Of a stretch of DNA of 64,000 bases, positions 42,401-55,100 are shown piece after piece (the first letter of the stretch is position 1; each line of letters begins with the position of its first letter). The notes beneath the pieces are model-generated. The model searched no databases. It was given only the letters and a program-made list of their open reading frames with translations, and was not told the DNA's origin. The position numbers and the translations under genes are program-made. This DNA is from Tubiluchus corallicola (lineage: Eukaryota; Animalia; Priapulida). The stretch covers positions 186,001 to 250,000 of the forward strand of contig JAQGDQ010000021.1 of assembly GCA_030141605.1 (NCBI GenBank), in the 5' to 3' direction.

Positions 42401-45400
42401 AATTACATAAATCCATTTTCACAGTTTAACAAAGAATGTAATAAGTTTCATTGATAAAACCATGGACGTTGGTAAATAATAATACCTGTGAAATATTTAG
42501 GTGTTTAATGTTTCAAAATAAGATTTTGGAACAAATAAATAATTTCAACCTAACAAAAGAATATTTGTAATCACCAACGATACTATATTAAAATACTTTA
42601 CTCACAGGTTAATTTTAACAGTAGTTAATAAAAATTATATATATATATGTATGTATGTATATGTATGTACATAATTTAATATGTCTTAGCACTGTGTCTG
42701 CAGATCAAGCACTAGACAACTAGATGTTCTGCGTGAATATGCGCAACATACAGCAACCGATTTTCAACATTTTTATCGTTATTAGAATTTCATAAACCAT
42801 CTTCTTCTTGAACAAATGAAGCAACCAACATTGCACGAATTTTTCAAATTTTTAGAGGTAATAACCAGATTTGTGCAATTTTTTTCTTTTCTTTTTTATT
42901 AATTCACTTATATAAATTAGTATTCTTAAGTAATAGCACATAGGAATTCTGACATTAATTTGTTTCTAAAATTCATTTAAAGCCTTTACAATGCCTACTA
43001 AGGTGATGTGTCGCGAGTCATACTTCTGTATTAGTAATAGGTTACACCAATCAGTTAATAGATTTAGTAGGTTAATTGCATCCACCCTAAACACTTCCAC
43101 CCTAAAGTGAGTCTATTAAGCAGCACATAGTGTACACACATATGTATTGCCAAAGACTTTGTAAAGGAAAAGCAAAAAGAAAGCCACTAACCATGGGATC
43201 AAACTTTCTATGTGTTTCTTCTTTTTGGGTTGCTTCTTTAGTAACCAGCTGATCTGGCCTAAAAGAGAACACGAAAGCCATGAGGTCTTGTACACTGCGC
43301 AGCTAATTTGTGATATTTTGCAGCTATTTTCCTCTTGTCTCTGTATATTTTGGATATGAAATCTCACATTTGGGTGAGTTTTGAGGCATATCTTGAGTTA
43401 ATACTGATTTGTTATCATACTGTAATATTGCTGCTTGAGAATAACAATGAGGCATATTGTAACGATATATGACGTGTATATGCAGAAGCAAAAACTTTAC
43501 ATTTAAGTAGCTGATCTTGTCCCCAACAAATCCTCAATGTTGTAAACCTCTTGAATTTATTTTCGCTTTGAGTTCATGAATTAGTCAAAGAAATAAGGTG
43601 GAAATTTACTGCTAAAATGCATCATCTAAATTATGTTTTTCTACATTATGACTTCCACTATGACTTTTTCTTAATGTTTATCTCGAATATGACTGGAGTT
43701 GACCAGTATGACTCAAAGCCATATATTTTTGTGAGACACCAAAATAAAAGCAACATTGACTTAATACCTGGAATTTCTGACCTTTCACTGCTTCATTACA
43801 AAGTTCAGGACGATTCTAATTTCGTTTGTAACAACAGCAACAACAACAATAGCATGAAATACAGGCACTATGCAATACAGGCTGTTAAGATGAACATTAA
43901 AACTGTTGTCTTTGGCTGCTGTACCGTAACTGAACAATATCAAAATTGTAATACATTTTAGAAGTTACAAAGCACAAATAAAATAACTGGCTATACAGGT
44001 GATTTAAAAGGCATTAAAAATTAATCATAACATTTCAACTATCCTTGCGGGAGCCATCATCAGATGTAACAAAAAAAACTTTTTAGTGTATAAAGTTTAA
44101 GAGTAACAGAGAAAACAACACAGACTACAAAAACAATATAAAATTATAAATTTATCATTGCACAGTAATAAGATGTTTAAATTCCTGTTGTTCTGGCTAC
44201 ACTAAATGTGGCTCCACCTTCTGCATGAAAATTGAACTGATGTGTGTTAACATCTTCATAAAAACAACTTGGAAGATAGTGTCTGTAATCTAATTCTGCT
44301 CTTTGGCAGTGCCATATTCTTACCTGTTTTCTTTTGATTCCTGAAAAAAACAAATCACATACTAAAAATAATATTTAACACACAACAAATGTAAAGTGAT
44401 AAAATATAATTAACAATATATCTTATACGTCTAACCACTTAATAATAAAAATGATAATAGTTTTTAGAAGCCAAAAAGGTTAAAAGTACTTCATAAAAAT
44501 TCTTTTACTAGAGTACACCTTGGGGTAGGTCCATTTCCAGAAAATGCTTCCCTGAAAATTTTTTTACAGAAAAACAACTTCCCAGAAAAAAATTGCTAAA
44601 AAATTTTGCCTAGAAAACATTTCCCAGAAAGACTTTAACAGAAAAATCACTATTCAACTTTTTTTAATTGCAAGATTTACCATTTCAGTGGGTTGAAGCC
44701 CTCGATTTCTTTTTTTGTTTGTCATCCCTATCCTATCTCTCTCCTACTCTCTCCTTTCTCCCTCTCATCTCTCGCCTGTTTTTCTCACCCCCTCTCTCTC
44801 CTCTTCTATCTCTCTTTTGTCTGGTCGCTCTCTCTTCTCTCTCTTTCCCTCACTTCCTCTCTCTCAGCCCTCTTGTTTGCCCTCTAGTTCCATTCCTCTC
44901 TCTCATTGAACTCACTTCAAATTCAACTGATTTGCACGGGATTTGAATTAAATTTCAATAAACAATGTAGAAAATAAAAACTCTGAGGCTTTGCAAACTA
45001 TAACCTTGCAACTACCTTGGGGTCTAAATCTGCCAATAAATTACACTTCTTTGCAAGACTGTTTTACAGGCCTTTGGTGCACCGCACGGAACTAGGCAGA
45101 GCTCAATGGCAGGGCCTACTAACGTTATTTTATGCCAGAACCAGATCCTAGTTTGTTATCAAAGTAATCAATGTTTTGCAACATAGTATGTAAGTTTTAT
45201 AAGACCTTTCTACTGTTCCAAAATTATTAACATTTTCAGTACACTTGATCAAAGTGCTACCCTCTGAAAAGTGCCCCTCTGGCTGCCGCCACTGTATTCA
45301 CATAAATATTTACACAAAAATGATCTTACCTGTTTATTCTTTTTATGCTTAGGAAGTTTGGCCTTGTATTTTGTGTGATACATTTCATAGCAGTTGTAGC

Positions 45401-48400
45401 AATACCATGCATTGCAGTCTTTACAGTCCTGCAAAATATTTAAGATTTAAACAAATGGTTAATACCTGTTAATCTAGGTAATTGAATGTGAAACTATAAA
45501 AAAATCAAAATAATCAGTTGCATTTTGTATACGTCAACATATTTAGCGTAATACAATATTGAAGCTGCTGCTCTATTTATAGAACCAGTCAATGTCATCA
45601 CAACAGCAGAAATAATAAAAAGCACTGTAACCTTTATTATATCGATGTTTTAGTTCGATTACAAACCATCATCAGGTGAACAAACCAAAGCTGAAACAAG
45701 CAAAATGACATATTATTAGTCGAAAGAGCGCTTAGCTAGAACATCTACATCAAATGAAAATGATGGATGTTAAGTATCAGGCTTATCCACAACTCTTGTA
45801 ATTCCTCATTTTGTGTATATGTTTATTTAATATTATACTACTGCTAATTATACACCATTTTGCTTGATTCAGCTTTTTGTTTATTCACCTGATGGCTGAT
45901 GAAGAATTGTAATTTAACCATAGTTGATAATGTTACAACGTTCTTTATTACTTCTGCTCTAGCTACTATTTTCATAAAGTCGGGTTTTCATTAAAAATTT
46001 ACACCTACTTGTAACAAAAGTTTTGATGGACACTTGCAGCAGACTTTCTGTGCTGTATACCGATTCTTTGCCCTGTCTACTCTCTCTGAAAGTGTAGCAC
46101 TTAAAAGTATTAACCATTTTACTTCAAAGTTACTTTTAGCTAGGCCTACCAATTAACAGAACTGCATTCAAATGTATAGGGGCATATTCAAATTTTCCAA
46201 AGTACAATTGTTCTAGTGCAGAAAATAAAAATTAAAGGTCATAGAGAGTCGAATCATAGAATTCAGACTGTTCACATTTATGTTGTGGCAAAGAAACAGC
46301 TTGCACCCAATAATTCGTTGAAGCAAACTTTTTTCAGGGCTTCTTTTGCCACTTGATGATTATAGTAGGACATAACCCCACATCTTGTATATTAATAAAT
46401 AGCCAGCAACTGCCAGTGCCCCATGGAGTTGGTGGTGGAAGCTGGAAAGACCAAAAGCAGACCTAACACGCGTAGACGGTGCACATAGAAGAGATGGCAT
46501 CAGATGATATGGAGCAGAAACAATTGCAACAAATTATAAATGATGCTGATAGAACTTTCAATGTTCCAATAACTGGAGTGAGGAGAACGAAATCGAAATC
46601 TATTATAGTATGCCATCCACACGGTCATTCAGAACTGCCATTCTCGAGTTTGTCAGCGTTGAAGAATCGTGTGGATGCAAAGAATGACAGCAAAATTTGA
46701 ATGTCAATCAAGTTTGACGATATCAGTCTGGTCTTGATTTTTGTCAGCAATGGTTGTCATTCTCGGAATGAAAAGCCAATAATAATGTATGCTGGTGATT
46801 CAGCTGGAAAAGCCCATTTACAGCGAGTAGAGAAACGGCATGGAAACTAAAATCAATGAATTATTAACAAAAAGCGATTGCATAAATTATATTTTATAAG
46901 AGACTGTATTAAGTTTTATAGACTTGTACAGGAACTTTGCGCTCGTACTGTGGCGACTAGCCAGCAAAAGTGTAAGCTATGATGCCGTGATAACCTACTC
47001 TTCCTGCTTTATTTAGAGGTGAAAATTTGCCCAGTAACCAAACATACTTGGTGTTACCTAAATGTAATTTAAAAATTCATTTTAAAAACATATTTGATAA
47101 TAACTTCTCGTTTCAGCTCTTGCCAAAGTAATTTTTTCTTTGATTTCGCTTTCCCCCTGCAGCACATACTAAACAAAGCTCGTTTTCATACAAGCATAAC
47201 AAGTCATTTTGGAGCTATTTCGGAAATGAAGAGGGTTAGAGAACACCCCTTCCGCAAATAGTTATCTGCAAAGTAACTGTAAGTGAAAACTTAACTTGTG
47301 GACACAGTTCAGTGTTTTGAATGACCATTCATTCTTCTGAAGGACTGTGTGGACTTGGAATAAGTAAGTAAATAGTAAATTTACTGAGCAGAAGCCTGAA
47401 GTGTTGACAGGTGACATTGCCTTACATGTATGTTCTTCTCACTGTGAAAAAGTGTAAATAGCCAAATGCAAATTTTACATTACTTTTGTTGCAGCATTGC
47501 TGACTGTCGCTGAAGAACTGTCACAATTGTGTACATCAAAATAATAGGTCAAAATAAATTCTGGAGCTGAAGACTGAATAAATGGCAAGAAATATTCATT
47601 TACTTTTCAGCAAAACTCACCTATAAAACCATCTTTAAGTGTCTTAATCTTAGCGGCAGAATTTGGAGGTAACACCTGGAAGTAAAGTAGATAAAGTCTC
47701 ATTTAAAACAGCAAGTTAACTAACAAATTGCTATGCCATATGATATTTTGAAAAACAGATGAGTTTAACTGTTTTGAAAAACAGATGAGATTAACTGTGA
47801 AATTATAATAATGTAAGCAAAACTAAGGTAATTAGCTTTACACCACCAATAAATAACTGTGTTGCTATACTAGTTACCGGCTGTCCAAGAGATTTTTGGT
47901 AACGATTGTTAGAAATGCTTTCCTGTGCTTTCTGTGCTGACTGCCAATGGAAACCACCGGCATTTGCCCTGAAAGTGACATAATTAAATCGAATGTGATT
48001 TAGTCAGAATTTTAGGATGCAAACTCTACGTTAATCTCTAAAATAACTAGCAACTTAAAAAAACTTCATTTTCAACACTCACAGTACCAACATCTGCAAT
48101 AGCTGCATAGCCAACAAGAACACAAATTATAGCACAGTAACTGAATTTGATAAAAGATATACCAAATCTCGTAATTATTATATGGCATATGGCACAACAT
48201 CTTCTAAGCTTCAGCATGATGTGGTAACAATGGCAAATATGTTCTAAAGAAATTATAAATCCACATTTCAAAGTTTGTAATTTAAAGAGTATGAATTGTA
48301 CGATAAAATAATAAAAATAAGAACAAACAAACATTGGCATTTGTCATAGAAAGTAAACAAAAAATAAATTTACGTTATATAGACATAGGTTTATTCAGGA

Positions 48401-49979
48401 TAACTTAAGAAAAGACGTACCCCCTCATTTCTTTTTCAGCTTTCATCAACTTTTTCAATTTGCGTAGCTTGTCATCCATATCATGGCAATCCTTCTCCAA
48501 CTGTTTAGTTTCATCTTTTACGTTTTTGGCTTTGTGCCTGTACCAAATGAAAAATTTTAGCTACACTTCAAAATTATGAACATAATAGTAACAGCATAAG
48601 AGTAAAATAGACTGAGAAAATTTTTGTTTTTACACTGGGACTCGAGTTACTCAAACCTAAACTTTCTGGATTTTAAATATACACGAACAGTTATATGATG
48701 GTGTTAACACTTGCACTACTGAGTTTCAATTTTTTAGGTCCTGAATGTATCTGAATAACACATACAAGCATAACTGTGTATAAGTCAGGAAAAACATTGT
48801 GTAAATTATGACTGTAAAAATTTGAATAGAGCACGACAGCTGAAATGTTAATTATTGATAGATAATTAAAAAATTTTCCAAATAGCAACTTCAAAACTGT
48901 AATGATTTTTTTCTCTGTGGCTTTAGCTGAAATGTTGATTTTTTAAAAGAGAAAACAGGATGATTTTTCATATCCTGCCTTATTTTGTACTAAGGTAAAA
49001 AGTATACATTTTAGCATCCATAATAATGCCAAGGTGTTTCTGATAATTAAATGATAGCTTAAAAACTTAATTAATGGCCTGTAAGCAATGATACCACAAA
49101 TGAAAATGTATACTGCAATTTTATAACGGCACAAACATTCGTCTAGCATGTTAGCATTGTTATATGTCTGTGTTTGCGAAAACCACAGGAACGTGAAATT
49201 GTTTCTGTAGTACTAATTCCTTCACATTAGATAGTTTTAAAAAGGCAATTACGTTCTCTTTCAGAATTTCATACATCAGTTAGTTTGAGCTATAGTTTAA
49301 AATTGGGTCTTGTTCTATAACAGTTAAATGAGTTATTTCTTCCACTACCGTCTCCACGGTTTATAAAATTTTGTTCCTAATGAAATATTGTATATTATAT
49401 GTAAAATGGAATGAGACAAATAAATTAATATCTAATCTAATCTAATCTTCATAAATTTTTATTATCTTTTACTACAAGCTTGCTTGCGCAGTCTTTGACG
49501 GCAATGATTTACAAAATTGAGACACATTTATTTTTTATACTTCACAAGTTCATTGGTTTTAATTATACATGTAATACATTTTCCATATTAAAATATTATT
49601 AATTTTATAATTCGACATAGTTTACGACACGAGTTCGTTTTCTTAAAAGTGCCGGCTCAAAATGTGAAAATAGTGTGAAAATGATTTCACTACACAATGG
49701 CGTACCAGTCTTTAGATTTTTGCACATTGACGCCATCTCCAGATTTTACATACGCTGAAGTAATTTTCGAAATTATATTATCTGCCTCCGTCAGGTCCAT
49801 TCAAGCGAAGTTTTCTTATTAAAAAAGGAAGTAAAGCTCAAAAATAACCAAAACGGCAATATAGTATAATAGTTCTAAAATTCTGCAGTTGTTTAGATTG
49901 TCGTCAAGGATACCACAGCAGTGTCGGTGTCACGAGGCGGATACTTTTTCTAGGTGTCTTACCACTTTTTAAGCCGCAT
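39452..49979 (-). CDS. ZBBX: Zinc finger B-box domain-containing protein (ZBBX-like), ~342 aa as modelled, 10 exons
   Basis: Exons 49979-49963, 48537-48421, 47968-47878, 47675-47621, 46085-46009, 45428-45330, 44340-44324, 43258-43192, 41841-41697, 39795-39452, all GT-AG and phase-consistent (1029 nt). The order of ZBBX hallmarks is kept: coiled coil ETKQLEKDCHDMDDKLRKLK..EKE, FHWQS, AKIKTLKD, B-box KVCCKC..DCKDCNAWYCYNCYEMYH..PKH, and LSYNERLLLKKYR (recalled human LSYMEKLWLKKHR). First exon and true 3' end are less certain. Confidence 0.82.
39927..41583 (-). mobile_element. Decayed DDE DNA transposon, Kolobok-like, inside ZBBX intron 9
   Basis: Broken transposase motifs: SMMEAAG.ERAMQEL, DVWH (~40943-40932), NHLRWASLTCPGDADDLVKHFQSVLQHCVNKHAW..CDH (H2CH-like), FHSILLKYAPK, RIRLAVIDHNVNV. 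Termini resemble TTAAAGCAGCA(A/C)TGAAG; a cleaner copy of this terminus is at 62260-62276. Confidence 0.7.
44026..44067 (-). ncRNA. Penelope-type minimal hammerhead ribozyme remnant
   Basis: Minus strand ACAT-CTGATGA-TGGCTCCC-GCAA-GGATAGTT-GAAA-TGTT-ATG: CUGANGA and GAAA cores, stem II capped by GNRA, short stem I. The CGAAACG core appears decayed to TGAAATG. Confidence 0.5.
44522..44650. repeat. Array of TTCCCAGAAAA-like modules (subterminal repeat of a foldback-type element); related tract at ~30880-31040
   Basis: Repeated TT(C/T)CCAGAAAA motifs at roughly 15-20 nt spacing in both places. Confidence 0.45.
44730..44905. repeat. Degenerate CT-rich low-complexity tract
   Basis: Read directly from the sequence. 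Confidence 0.85.
45605..45958. mobile_element. Inverted pair of Penelope-like terminal repeats in ZBBX intron 5
   Basis: 45605-45707 (AGCAGAAATAATAAA..CATCAGGTGAACAAACCAAAGCTGAAACAAGCAAAATG) is the reverse complement of 45856-45958 (CATTTTGCTTGATTCAGCTTTTTGTTTATTCACCTGATG..TTTATTACTTCTGCT). Each arm holds a degenerate CTGATGA hammerhead core. Confidence 0.6.
47746..47797. repeat. 26-bp tandem duplication in a ZBBX intron
   Basis: TTTTGAAAAACAGATGAG(T/A)TTAACTG occurs twice in tandem. Confidence 0.85.
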
Positions 49980-51859
49980 TTTTTTATAATACTCTGTTCA
50001 CTCATTGTTCACAGTTCAGTCGATAAATAGTAGTATAATTGTTACCTCTAGTCAGTTTAAGCATAACCAAAGAATGTAATATCCGCTTTACCGACTCTGG
50101 CCTCTTTTTTCAAGAATTCCGGAATGCTGGACTAGGCATTTAGATCTCTGAGTAGCCTAGCAAGTGCTTTACATCTATGCATTAATTATAGCTTTTATGA
50201 TGTACACTATAGTGAAATGATCTCTGCTGTAAATTATGACATTACCATATAACTCTTACATAGGCTTCATTAGGCTATGACCCATTGTTATGCTGACTGA
50301 AACAACTAGCGGTTAGGAGTGAGCATTGAACGTTCGCATCGAATTCGAAGATTCGAGCAAGCTTTTTCTAGTTCAAATTCGGTTTGAATCTAACGTTACA
50401 GACTCAAATAATTCAGCACTTCAAGCAATATGCGTTATTATACCTTCTTTATCATTAAAGCATTTTCCAATCAGCACAATTTTGCTGTGGTTTCTGTGCA
50501 CGATTTCTATGCATATTACTTGTGTTCTACTGCAGAACAAAATCAAGTAATATGCACATGCACGCAAGTGCGTGACGCAACAAGTAATTGCATACAGTGC
50601 TTCGTATATAAATAATCAGTACAGTAGTAGAGATAAGTAGGACTGAACTGTCAGCCTAGGGCATAGTAACCTCTTGATCACCCATGCACACACACTCATA
50701 TACACGTATGATGTATGCATTATTACATACAAAGATTCTATGAAGCTGAGCCCATATATTTAACTGTATAAAATGATTGCCCTTGGCACATAGGCCTGTA
50801 TAAAATAAATTAATTTAAGCCCATCAATAAATAATATTTATCAAGACTTGTCAGTGGATTTAGCCACAGGTGTTTTATTAGTACGCTTATACAAGTACAT
50901 TTTTTACACGTAAACAAACTGTGTTTAATGAACATTTATTTTTGACGTAAGCCTAACGAATCTTAAAAAAATTAGGCTAAATATAAGTGACGTCTACACA
51001 TGATATATAAGATGTTATGACCCACCTGCAGATTCTAATTTATGCACCAGGTTGGCTTCTCATCTGAATTCCATAACTTGATTTTGACCTAGTTAGTTGG
51101 TTGCTATAGAGGTGGAAGTAATGTTGGCTGCTTAGGATGACAGCTCTGATGTTTCGTTTTGTTATTTTTTGTTCACTGATAATAAAAAAGAGAAGTAATG
51201 TCGTAAATGCATCTCCGTTTGTTCAACGTGATTTTATAACCAACTGGAACTCATAACAAAGGCAATGTATGATTATATGCTTTCTAAACATCTTTTAACT
51301 TGGAACTAACAAAACATGCAGATTTGTTTTGTTCTGGAAAAATTATTTGCTCTTCTGAAAAAATCGGTTTTTTTTCTATGAAAGATATTACACATGAAAG
51401 TCAGGCCTAATATTTCTTCAAGTTATATTTCCTCCTGATAAGAACATATTAAATAGGAATGTTTTTTAGAAAAAATTTTTCTCCAGAAATAGAATACTAC
51501 ATGAGCCAGGTATTTGCAAACTTTCTTTATGATCAACTTTCTTAACTTCTTTTGTAAATAAGCCTGTTAATTTTCATGAGATATGATTATAATAGTTTTT
51601 ATTTTAACTACTAATTATTCTTAATGCCTTATGCTTGCTTTAAATAATGTTCAAAAATATAACAGCTGCTATAAATCGGCAAAGAGAGATGTAGGCCTTG
51701 CAGCCTTTGCTTAGTGTACAAAATATTTAACTTGTAACAAAAGTTACAAAACTGTGTTATAATTAACATTTTATTATAATTACGTGGCGGCGTCCTTGGG
51801 AAATTTAAAAAGATATTTTTATTTGTGTTTTCGCATCTCACTGCTGAGCAATTTATGAG

Positions 51860-52015
51860 CGCCTGTTAACCGGCCTGGCATTGGTGGTCTCATCAATTCA
51901 CCGGCTACAGTACACACCGGTGCGCGAACAGCTTGCGCTATAGCGTACCTGACAACAGCAGTCCGCACTGCTGTGCCGCTAGGGCGACACTAATGCGCGA
52001 ACTGCTGCGCAGTAA
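51860..52015 (+). promoter_or_regulatory. CpG-rich promoter / probable non-coding first exon of the CYP4 gene
   Basis: Local CpG enrichment, a possible donor GCGCA|GTAATG at ~52012, and acceptor TTGATTTCAG ending at 52190, one nt before the ATG. Confidence 0.45.
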
Positions 52016-52191
52016 TGTTTCCCTACTTTGTTTTTGTATACTTTGCTCTGGCTACGTTTCAGCATAGAATGCCATAGATCATAGCTGACGTTGATGTAAT
52101 TTGCTGTTATTTTATTCGAAATTTCCTGTATTTTGTGTTGCACCACGATTCCAAAAAACACGTTTTTCAAATTGGGTTTGTTGATTTCAGC

Positions 52192-55100
52192 ATGGCAGGA
52201 ATTGGAGGGATACTACTGCTAACTGGGTTTATCTTGGTTATCACTTATTTTGTGTTGAAGGAATTTTGGCCAAGTCGATTTAAAACATTGGTGCATAAGA
52301 TACCTGGACCTCCATGTATCCCGTTTTTTGGAAATGCGCATCTTATAAAGCGGCATCCAAGAGGCAAGTAATTTTGTATTTAAATAAAAAAGACACGTGT
52401 TGGACATTGATTACGTTACGAATTTGGGAAATAAATTTTAGTTTGGTTTTGAGCCATTATTTGCTAAATTGCAAAGTAGACATGAGAATGAGCTGTTGAG
52501 TTTTTTAGGTTTCTGGGTCCTCATTGCATTTCAGACATTAAAATCAAATGGAGATTAGAATTAGATCTTAAACTGCTCTAGGATTGGCTCTTCTTTAATT
52601 GAATGGCAGTGGCTAGAGGTACGGATCCGTACTCGTACCTATTTTTGCAACAGATACGGATCCGTGCTTTTTGTGACATTTACAAAACATACGGATTTTG
52701 ACAATTACGACATACGGCGTTTGACCATGTGCCCAGCATACATGCCCACTTCATGAAAATGGTGATATGGCATTATACAGCCTGGACCCGTACCGTTTTT
52801 CTTCGGTACCATTTTTCTTCATCATATAATAGTTACAGTGTAACTTTTGTGCACTGTGAGTGTAGAATGCTCATTTAGTAATGCAGTAAAGCACTTTGAC
52901 TCTTCAAAAATAAACTTTTAGAATTTTGCATTTTGTAAAAAATGTTCTAACTGAATAATTAAATTTTAATAATTTTGCCACTATGCAGACAATAGCTCAC
53001 TGTTGTTACAATTTCCTTAGAGTTATATGTAAAGTAACAGAACTCCAGTAAAAAAACATTTTATGATTATTAAAAGTTAAAACGGGCATGCACAGTAATT
53101 GGATATTCACATTCTTTTTAAAGATATATATCAGTAGAAATATTAACTAACGTCAAGCAAGTACCCTAGAACTCATGCAATCTATTGCATTATTAAATGT
53201 TCAAGCACTAACAATGCTAATTAGTGAGATAAAACTGTTACAATGGGAAGACACATATGCATTCAATTGGCAATATAAACATATTCATGTCAGAAAAAAT
53301 TAAAAGTTCAGCATAATATAAGAAAAAAGTTTTTTTAATCTTATCTTGTTGTTTTTCGTATGCAAACGGGGGATAAACGCTTCTTTCATACCAAAAATAG
53401 GCTGACACTATGTTTACGCTATAGTAATAAAGCATGACTCGCCCACCGTAATATGACGAAGTGTTGCGCGCATTCACCGCGTGTCCTATCTAGGGATTAC
53501 GTAGTAATATAGATGTCTATGAGGATATTCAATTTCACTCAATCCGTGGATCTGGCAATTGTGGATTTTGAGGTTGCGGATAAACGAGAAAGGGATATAT
53601 TGCCCCTCTCTGATGGCAATCCGTATTTCTCATCAATATCTTTCGCAGTACGGCGATCCGTATCTTCTCGTCAATATCTTTCGCGGTACGGCGATCCGTA
53701 TTTTCTCGTCAATATCTTTCGCGGTACGGCAATCCATATTTTCTCGTTAATATCGTTCGCCGTACGGATTGATCCGTATTTTCTAGTGAATGCTTTCGAG
53801 ACACGGATCCGTACTTTTAGTTGCTGCAGTTCCGGATACGGGTCCGTACCTTTTGTCACTGCCTAATTGAATTGGGTCACATGCACAATTTTCTCAGATC
53901 CAAATTGGCTACCTTTCTCTTGATAACCGCTATTGTAGTATTGTGTTTTAAATGTATATTTTTTGCATATATGAGTGTGTTTTGACATTGCAAATTTATA
54001 GCTTGTTAGATACTAATATGGCAGTAGGAAATAGTAAAATTAGAACTACTATTAATGTTCGTGTTTAATTTTACTGGTAGTGGTTCAGGTGAATAAAAAT
54101 AATATTTTTACTGTAGTATATTATACATAACTATAATATGTACAAGTATTTATTAGTGGCCGTATGTTGTTTGATCAAAAATAAACCTTTGGGTAAACTT
54201 TGTTATCTAAATATCACTACTGACCTATATATTATTATTTGAAGATGAAAAGATTATGATCACTTCACTCGCATCTTGGCTTATGTAATTGGACTTTGGA
54301 ATTTCGTTAGAGAAGACTAGGTTGCTGTGTACACTGTACTTCATGCATAGCGTAAAAATATATAGCCCTACTGGCTGAATCCACACACTGTGTGTTATTT
54401 TGGTCACCATTTTAGATGTCGTTATTCAGATAGAGTGCGGACATTGATGTTCGAACTGGGGGCTATCCTAAAATCTGTAGAAAGACATATTTGATGACTA
54501 TATGTAGTGGAATGTCCTAAAAAGTGCTATTTTGGCCACTATATTACGAGGAGGTAGACCCAAACTGACATTGTTCTAAAACCTACCCAGGGTCATGCTG
54601 GTTGTTATGATACACCACAGATAACTAGTTATAGTAGGACAAAATGAAATAAAACAATAGAATGTCCGAAAAAGTGCTATTTTGGATGCCACAGAGACTC
54701 ACAGAGTCAGATTTCCATCTATTGTTCAAGTAAACCCTAAAGTATTTAATTGTGGATGTGCAAAATAATTGAGTTGTGATACATCGTTGACACTTATTTG
54801 ATATTATAAGTATGACTGCAATATCATGCGTGCTTTTAAATAGATGACTTTAACCTCTAATAAGCTAAAGCCTACAGATTGTCTTACTCCTAAGACCTAA
54901 GGTCAATTTTTAGTCAGCAGAATTAGCCTCTCGTCTCATTTCTGCACTATAAAGCAACTTTGTCTTGATTGTTATTTAGGCCATTGATTCTCTTTTTTGT
55001 TCCGCACTCATTTAAATTTGTGTTATAATGTTTTCAGAGTTTTTTGATCAGGTAAACGATTGGTGTAAGAAATACTGGCCTGTTTGCAACGTAATGTTAG

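Noticed and set aside
46400-46850. ORF 46479-46700 and a nearby IMYAGDS motif as a nested gene
   Set aside because: At best faint CR1/L2-like LINE debris; no intact frame or splice structure.
53615-53814. 38-bp repeats resembling a CRISPR array
   Set aside because: Units are head-to-tail with no unique spacers, there are no cas genes, the context is a eukaryotic intron, and they lie inside a TIR/TSD-bounded element.
55038-55057. Internal donor CAG|GTAAAC giving an in-frame 14-nt form of exon 2a
   Set aside because: It would delete 31 residues of helix A and beta-1, and the site is absent from 2b and 2c; probably chance.
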